A stretch of DNA of 64,000 nt from Strigamia acuminata (GCA_949358305.1 OX442314.1:17980001-18044000), one strand, 5' to 3'. Positions 44,199 to 59,400 are shown, counted from the stretch's first letter. Notes: generated by a model not told the origin, from the letters alone. A program made the numbers and translations.

Positions 44199-47100
44199 CC
44201 TTAGCACAAGTGACAGCAGTCTATTCAAAAGGAAAAAAAAAAAAAATTTAAAAAAAAAGATAAAATTCATTAAAATGGGGATTTGGTCAAAGTCCTAGTA
44301 AAGCCCACAATGAAAACAGGTGAGTTGCCACCAGAGACCTATTCAAAACCCTCGAGAAAAAACACAGCACACACGAGCGAACAATTCATCATGTCTTAGA
44401 GGCCCAACGAGCCACTTCGTTTTCAACTTGGGGCAGCGAAAAAAGTAAAGAAATAAAAATACACATCAAACTTATTGCCACCAATACCACATTCACCCGA
44501 GCTTTATTGCTTTAATCAAAGAGATAAGACAATATTTTCCCTCTACTTTTCTTATCTGGCTTTCTAATTAGCGGTGCCTCGGATTTTGCTATCTCAACAA
44601 TGCATCTTAGCTTTCATCTTTCGAACACAGACTTAAATTACCTCGTGCCTCCACAATGAATAAATAATGCCTACAACAACACACGTGCAAACACTGTATT
44701 CAGAGACGCCCACAGTTGTTTATCATTGTCGCCAGCACGGCCTCTCAACCGTCTCGAATGCCCGTACACCTATGCACATCAGTAACCACAAAACATCATG
44801 CTCGTGGCATGCTATAAACGTTTAAGTTATAGCTCAAACAATTTTGGAAAAACTAACTGAATCAAAAGTAAAGCGGAAGGTTTTACAACTTTTTTTAACG
44901 GGATTTTCCGAAAATCACGTAAATAAATTGGAAATGTAATGCCAGTAAGCCAGGGTAGTCCGTTACTTGCTTGGAAACAAGAGTATTGAAATTCCTCACG
45001 ACCGTGCTCACTTTGGCGCGCAGCTGTGAGAGGTCATTTCTGACTTCGATTCGAAGTTTGATAAGTTAGAACATGAGCTCGGATCACGATGTCCAAAAAT
45101 GTTAGTATAACCCCAAAAAAAAAATTATTTTTCTGACTGTTGACAGATGATATGTAAATATTTACGTTGAAAGCTAAAAATGTTCCGTTTCCATCGTCCG
45201 AATGTGATTAGGTTTATCAAAACAAAAAGTTTGTGCGTCAATGCAATGATTTCCAGTCAATGGCAATTTTCTCAAGTTACCTTCCATCTACTGACGGTTT
45301 TGATGGCATCATTTGTAGGAAGAGGGCGAGGATGGGAGAAAGAAATGTCAAATCTGGGCTTTGGCGGTCGGTTGTGTTATGAGAAGACGCAGGCATGAAA
45401 TCAATAGATGGAATGGCATACCAGCCAAAAACGAGCAAGTTCCAAAACCCGCTTGCCTCACATAACTACCTGCTCGAATTCCTCGCCGACCGCTTTCACA
45501 ATTTTTTTTCTTTTTTATTTCACGCGCAATTTTTTTCCCACTCTGTTTGCATAGAAGAAAAGCGCGCGTGTGTTTTTTCCCTTTGTGCGCTATGATTTAC
45601 ACATCTTGCTCGTAGCCCCAACCGTCATAAGGTGCGATGAGTGAAAAACAAATTAATTTAAAATTCACCACACGACTCAACCTACGACTCTATTTCCTAC
45701 AAATGAAACTCACTCACGCGAGCAGAGCACAAACTCACTCATACAAACTGCAAATGACAAGAAAAGAAACGTAACCCTTTAATACTCTTATATTAAAAGT
45801 GCCCCTGATCGAAGTGAAACATCGTTTCGTAACCAGCTGCTGCTGCTCTCAGTATTCATAGTCGGTACATAACACAAATCACAAGAGATTCTTTTCCCAA
45901 AAAAAACGAGGGAAAAAAAATCGCGTGAATAATTTTTTTTTATTTTATATAAATCAAAACGTGATTTCCAATGAAATGGCTCCATTTTCTCCAGAAAACT
46001 TAATTATCGAACGAAATCTACAAGAAATAGATATCTCATTGTTCCAACTCCAAGTGTTTTTGTCCCATTTATATTTACTTATTTTTCCACTTCTCTTTAT
46101 TACTCTTTTTTTCTCTGTAAACAACTTCGATCACGCTTTTTTTATGACGTGTTATTCGAGCCATTAAAAACAACTAAACCCTTCTGTTTGTAATTCAAGT
46201 TAATATTCCTCTTTTCTCAACTTTCTTTCAAAATTTGCTTCAATGAATTTCAATTGCCATTATGGGAAATGTAAACGCAATCATTCCCGTAGGAGTTGGC
46301 ACTAAGGTAAGACTCATCCAAATACGTATTTCAATTATAATGGATCTCGTGATAGTTTACCTCATTTCTTTAAAGTTCCACCAAATCAGACTCGCTCATA
46401 AATGTTGCCAATAAACCAAATCAAATAACTCCCTTGGCACGAAGTTTGGGCATCGTAAGAAAAGGTTTAAGATAAATATCAAGTATCAAGTTTCATTGGA
46501 AACTCGAAACTACGAAATGGTATATGTGTGGTGTTGGCCAGACCAGATAAAACTCAAAACTGCAAAAATTGATTATTGTATTGTGCAAGAAAAGTGAGAA
46601 TAAAGCGGAGAGTTATGACAGTGTCAGCCAGAAAAGAAAATTGCGGTTTTTTTCTCTATGCTTGTAACCTTTAGGTTAAGAGAACAATCCATCAAAAAAG
46701 ACGGTCATCATGCTGAAACTGCCATCAGTGTGTGGTCTATTTTTATTTCTTATTTATTTTTTTAAATAATTTGTAAAAAAATATTGTCACTTGGTTAAAA
46801 TTTGACGAAAAAACAAGAAATGACGAGGTACGAACATAGAAAAATGTGATAAAACATCTCATTGCGTACTTATATTAAAGCAGAGGGGGAAAGGGGAACT
46901 GGGGAGCACCTCGAAATTTATTTGCGCCTTGCGCTGGTTTTAACTTGATAAAACAACACGCGCAATTGTACAGTGTCAAAATAATTCACCAGTTGTAAAG
47001 CGCCAAGTCCAATAAGATAAGGGGAGAAAATATAATGGGCAAAGAGAGAAAAAGAAAACAAAACGGGTGAAAAAGGTTAGAAAAGTATTTTTTTTTAATT

Positions 47101-48100
47101 TCTTTTCTAGTTTGACCGTTTTTTTTACCAGAAAATTTTTCAAACAAAAAAATCCCACGTTGCAGAAATAAGGAACTTTTATCTTGTTAACTAGGAAATA
47201 AAGGTGTTTGTCGAACGAAAAAAAATTGTGTGCACAATGAGGGCGGTAATGGGTTTGAAGAAGCATTGTTCGAGTTCAAAGGTCGAGACATGGTCTTCCA
47301 CTTACTACCCTTCGCCTCAAGTCTGTTTAGTGACAGTTTCTTTGGTAACTGCGTTCCCATAGCAACACGATTTGGAAAACCAGGAAGTAAAAAAAAGTGC
47401 GGATCAGTGAGATATAAATTTTAGGCAAAAACTGTGCGAAAAAAGTGTTAGAGCAACTCATCGTTGTGGTGTTGGCGCCGACGCCCTCAACAAGAGAAGT
47501 TGTACACATAAATCCAAGTCGATTTTTTTCTCCCTCTTCGTTTACATTTAAAAAGAAATGGAATAAGATCAATGAGAAAAAAACCTCAACGAACGGATCG
47601 TTCAGTGTGAAGTTTGGAATCCTTCCATTTTGCGCAGTGTGATGACGGTTTTGATTGGAAATTATGGAACAAATAGTGCACCCGTGCAATTTTCTACGAA
47701 GCAGCTCGTTTTTCATCCGCTTTAGCGATTCGAGGAAAGAAAAACTATTTCCTTGCATGTGTTATCACGACATGACAAACTGAAACCCTTGCAACCGTGC
47801 ATATTCTATCTAATGTGGTAGAACAAAAATAGCATTAAGAATTTTTATTTTATCACCAAGTTTAAGTTATAAAGCTGAATCAGGTTACAATTCCATGACA
47901 TCTGCACTAATTTTCAAATGGCATTGCCAAGCAATAATGTAGTTAATTGTTTGCTTTATTGGAGCTTTGCTGCATTTCACTAACAAATGAAATTAATTTC
48001 TCATAGGAATAGTAGAGAATGACAATTGCAATTTTTATTAAAATTAAAATTAAAATAAATTTTACACGACTTAGCAATGTGAACTTATTTAAAACTGTCA

Positions 48101-48175
48101 CTGGCCGCATTTCACGCGTTAACTTTTACATTTAGACTGGTTTAAATAAGCTTAAATGACTTTATGAATGCGCCT
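48101..48175. mobile_element. Short remnant of the GAATGCGCCT Harbinger-like MITE family
   Basis: The right end aaatgactttatgaatgcgccta is nearly identical to copy A; the left end is degenerate (ggccgcattt). Confidence 0.5.
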
Positions 48176-50559
48176 ACTATTTTGAAGTTACCGATTTAAA
48201 ATAAAAAACATTTTGTTAATATAAAAAGCCAATACCTGCGGCCGCAAAAGTGAAATAACTTTGAAAATTGGATTATTAAAAAGTAAAATCATTACTTGTT
48301 ATAGAATAATCCAATTTATCGAATTCATCAGTTTAACCTTGACAACGCTGCACCTGGATGTGTACATTTCCTGGTAGTTGTTAGCTTAACAAATGAAAAC
48401 TACCAAGTTTTCTCCAAACTTTTAATGTATTCTCAACTCCCCAACCTCCAATATTTATCTGCATTGCCAACTAACTGGGGATCTTCAGAACAAAATTGCC
48501 CTAATAACTAAAGGGTAAACATAGAGGAAGGAAAGTGGACGTAAACTAAAAACCACTAATGAAGTCCCAACCTCAACGAAACTGTCGTAGATTAACGCAG
48601 CACTTGCAGACGGCACACAAAAATCTCATTAGTGGCGGATTAATCAAACTTATACACTAAACTGTGTATAAAACGCTACGATCAACACCTTGGATTACAA
48701 AATGTTGCGCACAACTGCTTGCCTTAGCCATAAAAGTTTTACTAGTTTTTATTCCGGCATGTTCCTAACAAATTCTTTAACATTAAGAAACTATTACGCA
48801 AAATTAAAAGTTAAAGCTAACATTCATGGACTTGCTTGAGGTATTTAAAAAATAATAATCCGTCTTTCCATCCATAAGTAATGCTAAGTAAAAAAAAATC
48901 TTTTCTGCTTGTACGTATACTAAATGCATTTTTAGCATCAGAAATCCATTTTGAAACTAATTAATCACATTGAAAAGACAAAGTCAAACTGATTATTATA
49001 GGTTTTGTGCATCCAAATTCAAAGTCCAATTTTGGATTTTAATTTAAGCTTCACCACGTCATTTAAACCGCTAAAGGTGATTGATTAAACGAAAATTTCT
49101 GGCAATCATTTGACAAATCGAACGTACGACCGCCGAAGATTTCAAACGGGATAAAAATGTCTGCCATTATAATAAAACGATTAAGCAAATCGATGCAATA
49201 TGTTTTCCGTTAATTTGAAAATGTATTTTTTTTAAACAAAGAATCTTAATCTCCTCATCAATTTTTAAAAATCGTCTTTCGGTATACAGTTCTAAAATCC
49301 TCGCAAAAAATAAAAAAAAAATTGGAAATTTCTCCTCCAAAATGGGACCTAAAGATGGATATTCATACGCAACATTTATCACCTTTTTGTCCCAAAAATT
49401 TGAACTGAAATTCAATTGCTACGTATGATTTATGAAGAAGATAAATCATTGTCGCCTGAACAGAAGGGGAGACCAGGAGAGCTATAAAGTAAAGCACAAT
49501 GCAACATTTAAGTTTATTTATTCACACTAATAAGCAAATTGAATCAAATTAATAAAGGCTAAAATAAGAATCACATTTAATGGACGGCTCTATTTGCAAG
49601 AAAAATTCTATTCTATTTCCTTCAACCAGATCAATACACGACTCAGTCGATATGTGATTAATCTCAGCAAAATTAATCTAGTAAACAGCCCATCTCATTT
49701 ATTTCCAAAAAAGCACCCAATTACTTAAAATTTATAAAAATTCAACAAACAAAAAAAAAATAAAAAAAAAATAAAAATACCAAATTCCTAAGTCACTTAG
49801 TGAATTGAACTACACCCACATCAAGGTCTTCAATTACCAACACTAATACAATGAAACAATTCCCTTTGAGGAATATCAACCAGATCTGAAACCCCCACCT
49901 GTGTAAATCTGATCATTAACACCAACGCTAGTGGCATTTGGACCTTTTGATAAAATCTTCCCCCGACCATCTATTTTCGCTTGACGCTTTCCCAACCCTA
50001 TTCGTCTTTCTACATCAAGAGTAATCTTTTTCCCTTCCCCATCTACCACTCCGAATTTTAATCAGGTTAATATGTCATCTTTGTGAGCGAATCGTGATTT
50101 ATGTGAACTCGGTGCATAATTACAAATTTTGCTAGTAATTATAAAGCAAAATTAAAATTATACTAAGCAAATAAATTTTTTAACTTATGGCTTATCTAAT
50201 TTTTAAAATAATTCAATAGTACCTAATATGTAATAGTACCTTAAAGTGGATGTAAGTCAGGATCGAAAAGAATAGCAACCATCAGGTAGGTTAAAATTAG
50301 ATTGAATGATATTATTAACATATTGTTACAGGTGGCCCTGCAGATGCATGCGCGTCAGGAATTATTATAAAAAGAAGTTAGAATCCGAACACTCCAGTAT
50401 CCCCTCAATTGGGAGCCAACTAGGGGGAGCAATTACAAGAATGAAGAATTTTAACATTAAACTAACAATGTAAATTTAATAGAATAAATTGAAGTTAAGT
50501 TTTAAAATGAATTACAATGGCTCAAACTCGTTCTTAATCAACCCGCGGGAATCCGTAGA

Positions 50560-52501
50560 CTTGTGTAGGCTTCTTGGTTCCTTGCGGTCACGGACTGCAC
50601 ATCTGAGGCGGCGGCGGCTGAGATGGCGGCTGAGATGGCGGCGGAAACAGAGGAAGCAGCGGCGCTGTCGACAGTCTTGCAGGCAGCGATGTTGTGATTG
50701 TTGCTTTCGAAGTTGAAGATGTAACTGGTGGTATTGTGCTCACACGGGACGGTATCACAAAAGGAAATTCTCGAGACTTATCCTCCTCAATTGGAAGCGG
50801 CGTTCCAATTGATGTGCTTTTTGCAATTGTTCGATGTGGCGTGACCAAATAACTGCGGATCAATGGTCTCAAAATTTTTTTTGCTGGTGTCTTGCACTTT
50901 ATTGAATGAGGCATCAAACGATAATAGACCAAGAATTGGTGCACAGAGTCTGCAAGAAAAGGCTGTAATTTAGTTAATTTCTCCATTTCGTCATGGAAAA
51001 CGTTGCGGTGCTGCTGCAATAACTTGTGGAGCAAGTTGAGCGCATTAGCGCTTGCCGAGCAGTGCGGGAAAGCCGACACCATCTCAGGAGCAGCACATTG
51101 CACAGCTGCCCCTGGCGCAGGAGCAGAGCGCGATACAGCCGATCCAAGCGCAGGAGCAGCAACAATCAAGTATGGTGCAGACTCGTTCGGCGGGGAAGCT
51201 TCTACATCCTGTCTAGGAGTGGCAAATTCAGCAGTCCTGCTTGTCGGAGTTTAGGCGCGCTTACAAGCGGCGCATCTGCGTGCGGACTTCGATGTGGTCA
51301 CAGCGGTAGTCAAATACCTGACGGCACCAATCGTAACTCCAGCAGGGGACAGCAAATTAAAGGAGTGCAACCAATCGTGACCTATCAAAGGAATTGGCCC
51401 AGTCTTAGCAACACAGAGCAATAAGAGTATGTGCCACGGTCGTACAGCACCGGGATGTGGCACACTCCGTCCATCGGTTGTTGGTGGACATCTCAGAATC
51501 GAGTGGCTGCAACTAAAATCGAGAACGGTTATTATTATACATCTCGTGACTGATGGCTGTCGCTTCAGCGCCCATGTCAATCTCCATTCGCAATACGGTG
51601 TCTGCTATTCGCACATCCAGAACCAGCGGTTTGGTTTGCTTGATGCTGACGGAATTTATCGCTTTCCTGGCTTGTTGAGGTGTCGTACGAATCAAATAAA
51701 AGGTGAGCTGCCTAGGCGCTGCAATGACAGTGTGGTGGGAAGTCGTTGCTGTGGTCGAGATGCAGGCCGATTGTATGTGCCTGTCGAGGCCGCAGCCATG
51801 GCACTTTGCGCGACGATATTTGCACTTGCTGTTGTTGTGTTGTGGTCGTGGTTGGTCCAACTGCTCTTGCTGTTGATCGGTGGTGTCCTTCGAGGAGCGT
51901 TTGCCACCGCGTTGGACTTCAATTAGGAAGTATCTTTGTTAATTTGGTGCATCATTACTTGAGAATCCACAAAACTCAAGATGTTGGAACCTACGAGCTC
52001 AGCTGCTCTGGCTGTTTCGAGGGCTGCCTCAAACGTAAGGCCCTTCCGCAAATACAAAGTTTCCTGCACCTGGTGCATATTCAATCCAACTATGAATTGG
52101 TTGCGCATTTAGTTGTTCTGCACTTCAGCAAACTCGCAGAATTTGGTCATCTGCTGAAGAGCAGCGGCAAATTCTCCCACAGTCTTGCTCTTATTCCGCT
52201 TGCAATTGCAGCACCACACAATTTCTCCCTGCGCAATTGGTTTTGGCTTCTAATATTTGTCCATCAGATCAACCAACTCCTTGTACTTCATCTTTGTCGT
52301 GTTCTTGGGCCGCGTCAAATCCACTATCTTGGAAAACGTCGTTATCCACATGCATGACAAAAGGGAGTTTACTTTGTCTACGTCCTCGAAAACATTTTGG
52401 CAGGCGAAGACGCAACCCATTTGTAGCATGTATGTCCCCCAGTTATCTTGCAGGTTGTACAATAAGAGGCATGATGGCAGGCGATTAAATTGTGGAAACA
52501 C
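50560..52501 (-). mobile_element. Decayed, internally deleted Ty3/gypsy retrotransposon (gag, zinc knuckle, protease, integrase C-terminal remnant)
   Basis: Minus-strand fragments lie in several frames: gag-like WGTYMLQM...LLSCM...KYKELVDLM and LRNQFIVGL...LTFEAALETARAAE; knuckle CKYRRAKCHGCGLDRHIQSAC; protease MEIDMGAEATAIS and PLIGHDWL; integrase tail QFLVYYRLMPHS..KTPA..IRSYL. Stops and frameshifts occur throughout, and I found no RT YxDD. Confidence 0.82.
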
Positions 52502-55500
52502 AAAAAAATCACAAAACGAAGGACAAGCCTAACAGTTAAGTCAACACGTGGTCGAAAACAGGTAGTCGAAGGTCAATTTTTGCATCAAAATGAACAAAAA
52601 AAAACACAGAAGATTATTTGAAGTTGGGATACATTAATGTTGTATATTTAAAACAACCAATGTCGAAGTTCCAATGTTCTGAGACGAGCCAATTAGTCAA
52701 AGCTGTCAACCTCTATAAAAGTTCGCGACTTCTTATACGTGTTAATTATTCTTAACTTATGAGATCAGTCTCAAATCCTATCAGGTCGTTGGCATTGCTG
52801 CACGGCACTACTTTTCCTTTTTAGTTATCGACATCAAAATCAATGGCAAAACTTTTTATACACAAAGGCCCTAAAATGAAGGAATGGACTTTATTCATTT
52901 TTCGTCTTAAAAACTGATCATCGAATTTAACAAGCGTGTTTTGCAAGTTAAATTTTATTTTAAGCTTTTTCAAAAAGTAGTTTCTATTTTGGACTATATT
53001 TGCAATTAATTTTTACTTTGTTATCATGAAAAGCAATCTATATTTTAATTTCATTGACCACACGACGCAGACTAAATGCCTTAGCGACAAACTAAATCGG
53101 CGTCGTTTACACTTGTATTGCTTTAGGTATAAATAGTGATAAATGCCAGTCTTTAAAATTCATTAGGAAATTAATTATTCAGAATTGTGATTCGGCTCAC
53201 CTTTAATTAGAATTAATTAAATACCATTTGGAGCCTGGGTCTAAGCTCAGCAACAAGACAGGTCTTTTGGAAAGAGTTCTTTCGATTACTTCATCGAAGA
53301 AGACGTGTGACGTTGCAGTCTGAACACTAAAGGACAATTTCTTTAAACTTACGATCTATGTGCAATATTAATGGTACTATTGGGTTTTCTAAAAGATATG
53401 GAGTAGATGCCACAAATTCTGTATATTAAAGGTGTGTTTTAATATTGTATGAATAACGCAAGACTTCTCAAATTTTCAAAACAGTTATTTTACAAAATGC
53501 TGCAAAGAAAGTCAGATAAACTTTATGTCTCGAGGGAAATTCGATCGCATCCACAGTTGATGTGCTGCTATAAGGTCAGTCTCCTCCAAACAGATGAAAC
53601 CTGCCTGCTACCAACAACTATTCTTCCAACCTCCTCGTCCTTTTGTTTCATGGAACCCACGTTCTGCATCGAAATGAGTTACAAGTTATACCCAACAAGA
53701 AAGAATTCAGTTTGAAAGACAAAATTTTTTCTTCTTCTTTCTTTACCTTTTTGCTCCTAATGTTATTTCAATGGCAACATTTTTACTCGAAGATCGACTC
53801 GATTTCTTATCTCGTTACTTGAGGGGAAAATGTCCTAAGTGAAAAATGCTACCTTTTTCTCCCAACACTTGTTTAAAATCCAATTTATTTCTTCACAGTT
53901 TCAATGATCTACGACACATTTAAATTCTAATTCAGATTAGGACGAGCGACGAGCTCTGGAAGAGGAAGAGTCAAGAGGGCGCGAGTGGGAAAAAATAAAT
54001 TAATTTGATCATTGCGCCATGACCCCTACATTAATAACATTTACAGTGGTCACTTGGCAGATGTTGTCATGCCAACCGAAAGCTGATTACACTCGAGTCA
54101 CATTAGTTGAGAAATTGCTAGCCCCTATAAACATACATTTTATACGACTAAAGAGGTCGACTTAGTCCAATAATAATGTGTAAACACCCTGAACCTAATT
54201 AAGAGTCTGTGAAACGTCTTGGAAGTTAATTATCTTCGTTAAACTACACACGTAAATAAGAAATTAAAAAAATTTGACACATTTTTTTTATAAAATTCGC
54301 CCAAAAATGTGCGGACTGGCAAATTTTCCCTAGCGATCTCACCTGGCGACTTTGCACAGTGGAAAGAAAACATGAAGCACATTCAAAATCTTTTCGAAGC
54401 AAAATGTGTCATCATTTTGACAAAAAGTCGTGGTTGTAAAATGACTTTGAAAAGCGAGTGGGAGGTCACTTTTTGTCCCTTTTACAACTTTTCTTCTGTA
54501 CGTGTTTGCCTCCGACCACTTGGAATGGAGGCGGGAGAGAGAATGTTATGACAATTCACAGCCCTTCTATTTTTGGAAAAAAAGTGGAGACACTATACGT
54601 GAAGAGAAAGAAAGCAGTGACTGCCATAAATGAAGAAATAAAGTCCAGGTTACTATTTTACAATTTTTGTCACTCCACCTGGCTGTTATTCAAGATTCAA
54701 ATGCTAAAATATGAGCCAGTATGTTCTCATTCAGAGTACCTGGGGAAAAGGTTTACAGAAAGTAGGTATTGGTCCAAAAAATGACTTTAAAATGTTAAAC
54801 AATAGGAAATGTGTAAATATACGTGAAAAATAGAGTCAAGGGCTTCTTGTTCGGTTACTGCACGTTGAATTTTGTTTTGGCCACTGAACTAGTCAGTGAT
54901 AGACGTCAATATGACATCGTTCACCAAGCACACGATGATTGATGTGACTTTTTTATTGCGTCGACTTGGTTTCAAGTCTATTTTTCATGGTGAATTCACC
55001 CTAGAAAAATCACAGCAAATCCACAAATTCGCTTCGTTGAGCAAAATCGCAGAGCAAAATCGCAGAGCAAAATCGTTCAGTAGTGCACAAATACCATTTT
55101 TATAATTCAGATTTATCTATGTCATACGAGTAAAAAAAATTGCAAAAGAACTCGAAGCAATTCTTCACAAGTCTCGAACCCCTCAACCCACCATTCAGTA
55201 ATACAATCTCACTTCTGATTGAATATAACAGCAAGCAAAATGCATAGGCCTAATAAGATTTTTTTGTCAATCAGCAGAGAAATAAGCCTGCACATACGTA
55301 CGAAATACAATCAAGTGTGTATTCAACCAGCATAAAAACTACCTCTAATTTCAAAAGACTAAAATAATAAGTGTGGAAAAGTTTTATCAAATGAATATTT
55401 AAATTCTCGTTGTTGATTAGGGAAAAAAAGGGGGAAAAGATAATCCAAGAGAAACAGAAACGAGCAAAAAAGGGTAATTCTCTGCGCTTATGTTGAAAGA

Positions 55501-56185
55501 AAAGTTGAAAACTCGCTAGATAAGAGGAAATGACTGAGAAAACTCATCATTCCTGTGGGAAAAGTAAAACTCACTTTAACTTTGAGGGAAGGGAGAAGGA
55601 TATACACAAAAAGACCACTCAAAGTGACACATAAGATGCTCCTCCAGAATGCAGATGTGGATCTTTGGAGACGCATGACCGCTGTCTTGACCATATATTG
55701 TGAGGAAAAAAATCGAAAAATCTATTTTTTTACATTAAAGTATAATTTTTCCTAAAAACTGCCTCATTAAAAGTATTGCATGTCTCATAAGTTAAAAATA
55801 ATTACAAAAAATGACAGCGCTCAGCCAAGTAAACTTGGCAAGAAGAAGCTTGCCCTTGTCTTATCTGGGGACGATAAAGATTAGTGAAACGTCGTTGTAT
55901 ATGACTGTTTTAATAATTCCTTGTGATGATGAAAAGTCTTCTAAAAATGACCCCATTAGTTGTTTTTCAAGCGAACATAACTTGCTGGAAATTTCTGAAA
56001 CGATTCTCATCGTATTGATCCGGAGCGGTGAAATAGCAATGTGTTTATTTTATCGAACCAATATTTTTTTCTTAAACAAACCAATTACAGTGCTGAAGAC
56101 AGCAGGAACCCAAGACCGTTAGTCAGGTACAGGTCCCATTTGATTAGTAGCGCTGTTGACCTATTTTCTTTCTGTCTTTAACTTA

Positions 56186-56446
56186 CCGTATTTTATCGAT
56201 TAATAGCCGCGGCTCTTATTCAAAACTGCCATTTTTGTCAGCAATTACAATTTCGGTTTTTCGTTTGTTACATTTGTTTAATGTAACAAATAAAGTCTGA
56301 ACGTCACGAACCAAGCGTACGTTCGTCGTTCTTGAGGTTAAATATGGAGACAATACCGTACTTTTGCAAAAATACAGTGTCTCAGCCGCGGCTACTATTT
56401 GAGGTCAGCTACAATTCGAGGGCGACTCTTAATCGGTAAAATACGG
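56186..56446. mobile_element. Tc2/pogo-like MITE, copy 2 (inverted relative to 9645-9897)
   Basis: TA|CCGTATTTTATCGATTAA ... TTAATCGGTAAAATACGG|TA. The interior is the reverse complement of copy 1. Confidence 0.88.
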
Positions 56447-59400
56447 TATTGAATATTTTCAAGTATTTAGCTATTATGGCGTATTCCATTAAGTATTTAA
56501 GTATTCGCCACTTCCGCCTTCTAAAAGGCACTTAAAGAATATATGTAAAGTCATAATTAAACGCATACTGAAGTTAAAACAATCAGGAACTCCACGGTAA
56601 CACTTAGGGCTCCTTGTAGCTTATGCAGGATCGCTCCTGGTCTAATGACTAAAGTGTACCGAGAAGAGTTAAGAATATCACTTTGACAATAGTTCTGTAA
56701 GGAGGAGGAAGGAGCGTGGAGGGCCTAGCTTAAAGAACAAATGTTTGTTTGTTGCTATATATTTTATTCATGTCTGATTTCCTTGTTGAAAAGGAACAAG
56801 AATTGTTTTTTGTTTTTAATAACAAGACGACAACTTCTGGAAATAAATCCTAGACAGAATCAAAACAGGAAACAACCTGTCAAAATCTAGCTCTTACCGC
56901 ATAATAAATAAAAAAAAAAATAACTGTTCTTATAAATCGCTGTTTTTTAAACAGTTGTATGACTAACGAAATCAAAATGCTGAAAAAATGCTGAAATTTT
57001 TTTTCTGCATACATTAACATTTTTTTCTTTTCAAATCAGCTTGAAATTAAATTGTAATTTTCTGCGAACTCTTTAATAATGATCGAAATGACCTACCGTA
57101 TCGTCGGCGTAGTTATTGATTAGAATTAATTTAAATTTATTCTATAAAAAAATTAAATCAAATTACCATTATTAAATCCCTTAAAAAAAACTCATTGCGT
57201 CTACGAAAAAATGTTAAAAGTTCAAAAAGAAATTTAGCATTCAACATTTAAACTTTTTTTTCTCGTCCATAAATTCCCAAACTCTACTTTTCACCACTTT
57301 AATTAGCCGATTAACGAGCAGCAGATGACAAATCACAGAGAAAAAAAATACCCCATTTTTCTTAAGTGAACCATAAATCCCTGCCGTGCTTTCCTTCGTG
57401 TACACAGGAGTTTCAAACAAATATAGCACTCATTTAATTTTCAAATAAAGTTTCAAGTTTCTTTCCCGCTTTATCAACAACATTTGTTTCCTATTACTCT
57501 CACTTCCGGTTATTCCTAACAGTATTGAGGTGCCACAAAATGAAAAGAAAAATCAAAGTGGAAAAGCGTGTTCCCGATCAAAAACATCAAGAAAAGATCT
57601 TCACCAAAGAAAGAAAAGACGCCGCTTTCGATTGTCATCAGCACGCGCCTTAGTAAAAGAAAATGGCACTTACTAGAATTTAACGTTGAAAGGAAAATAA
57701 GAACAGTAATAAAAAAATATAATAAAAAAAACTCATTTCTCATTTTAATTGTGAAAATCCCTTTCATATTTCACATCAAACATCACGCTAAAACTTTTTT
57801 CCCCCATTCTTTCCTGCTTTATTTTTTTTCTCCCTGAACAACGGGTTCATAGACGATTTTTCACTCTGAATAAATTGTTCGTTGATAGGTGGAAAAGGGT
57901 CCGCAGGTGCAGCGAGTGTGGCTTTACGAACGGCGATTAATCCTTCCCTCAATCTCATTCATCTTTCTCAACGCCTTTTTGCCACCCATTTAAATTAGAA
58001 ACAAAATCAATAATTCAAAAAAAATTTAGAATATATAAAAAAAAAAAACTTTAAAAAATATAAAAACACATCTCTCAATTTCATCAAAATAACAAATTGC
58101 ATCCTTTCAAACTTTTTTATCGTTGCCTATAATGTTTTTTTTAGATTTTTCGGAATGACGTGCGACATTTACACGAATCCTGCAACCACTTTAAACCCTG
58201 GCATTTGTTTCGCAAATATATTCAATGAAACGAGATGACTTTTCCTTTTCACATTTGAACCCCTTTCAAGGTTCAAGGATTATTCTGGTTTGAGATGACT
58301 CAGCAAGAAAAAAAGCAACTCCTCAAATGGACTAGTGCAGATAGCAACTTAAGATGCTTAGTCCTCCTACATCACCGCCCAAGCTTTCTTAGTTGGTGGC
58401 CATTAACAGCAAATGGGGCCGCGATCTGACCCTTTTCATCCCAGAATATTAGAAGATGAGATGTGAGCTGCAACTCACGTTCCACTCATTAACGAGCATG
58501 TAACAGGCAAACCGCATCAAGCCTGGCACACATGCTGCGTTATCCTTTGTTCCTCTTGCACACAAACACACAGAAATCTAGAATCATTTCCCACCTCCAG
58601 GTCTGCACCCAACATCTTAAATGTCAAATCCAAAAACTGAATTTTTCTCCACAAAACACTCAACTTTTAATTGTTTATTATTCTTTGTCAAATATGAATC
58701 TATTTTCACAAAGAATTTTTTTCAATTGTATTACAAAATGCATTATTTAATGTACAAATAATAAACGTGAAATGCCACACATTTTGAAAAGCAATACATT
58801 GTTGAACCATGTGTGATTTTTCAATTTTTCAATTAAATTTTGACATCAAGATATAGTTTCGTAGTTCTCACATCCCACGACCCAGTGCCGAATTTTTCTT
58901 TGTAGTAAATTCTTCATGGTTGATGAACTCCATCATTATCGCAATTGAAGGATGAGCATTAAGTCATTTATTTCACAGTCAAAAAATAAATTGCTTCATT
59001 CAGTATCAGACCCTCGTCTTATTTTAAGACATGAGCACAAAAAAAAAATTTAGAAACTCCGAAGAATTTTTTAATTTATAAAGACTGAAATATTTTTTGA
59101 TAAAAATGACTAGAAAAAAAATATGACTACAATCTCGAAAACGTTAGATTCGTCTGGAATTTTAATTTCAAGCTTTAAAAAATACCGCAATCAGAAAAAA
59201 TTACATTGTTAACCCAACTACTCCCTTAAACCCACTCAATCATTAAATTCTCGACGTCAGGACATTAAAAATTAATAACTTATTTATGTTTAAACTGACA
59301 TGTGTATAAAACATCAGTCTTCCGTCCGTTGACAAAAATCAACTTAATATAAATTAACATCATCAATTCCGAACGCGTCTTAATATAAAACTTCATTAAA

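Noticed and set aside
50229..50330. TGTAA...TTACA segment as the gypsy 3' LTR
   Set aside because: No adjacent polypurine tract on the element's strand and no matching copy at the 5' side, so it could be chance.
50489..52532. Long plus-strand ORFs (132, 165, 203 aa) as host genes
   Set aside because: They are antisense to the gypsy gag-pol fragments and show no protein family signal.
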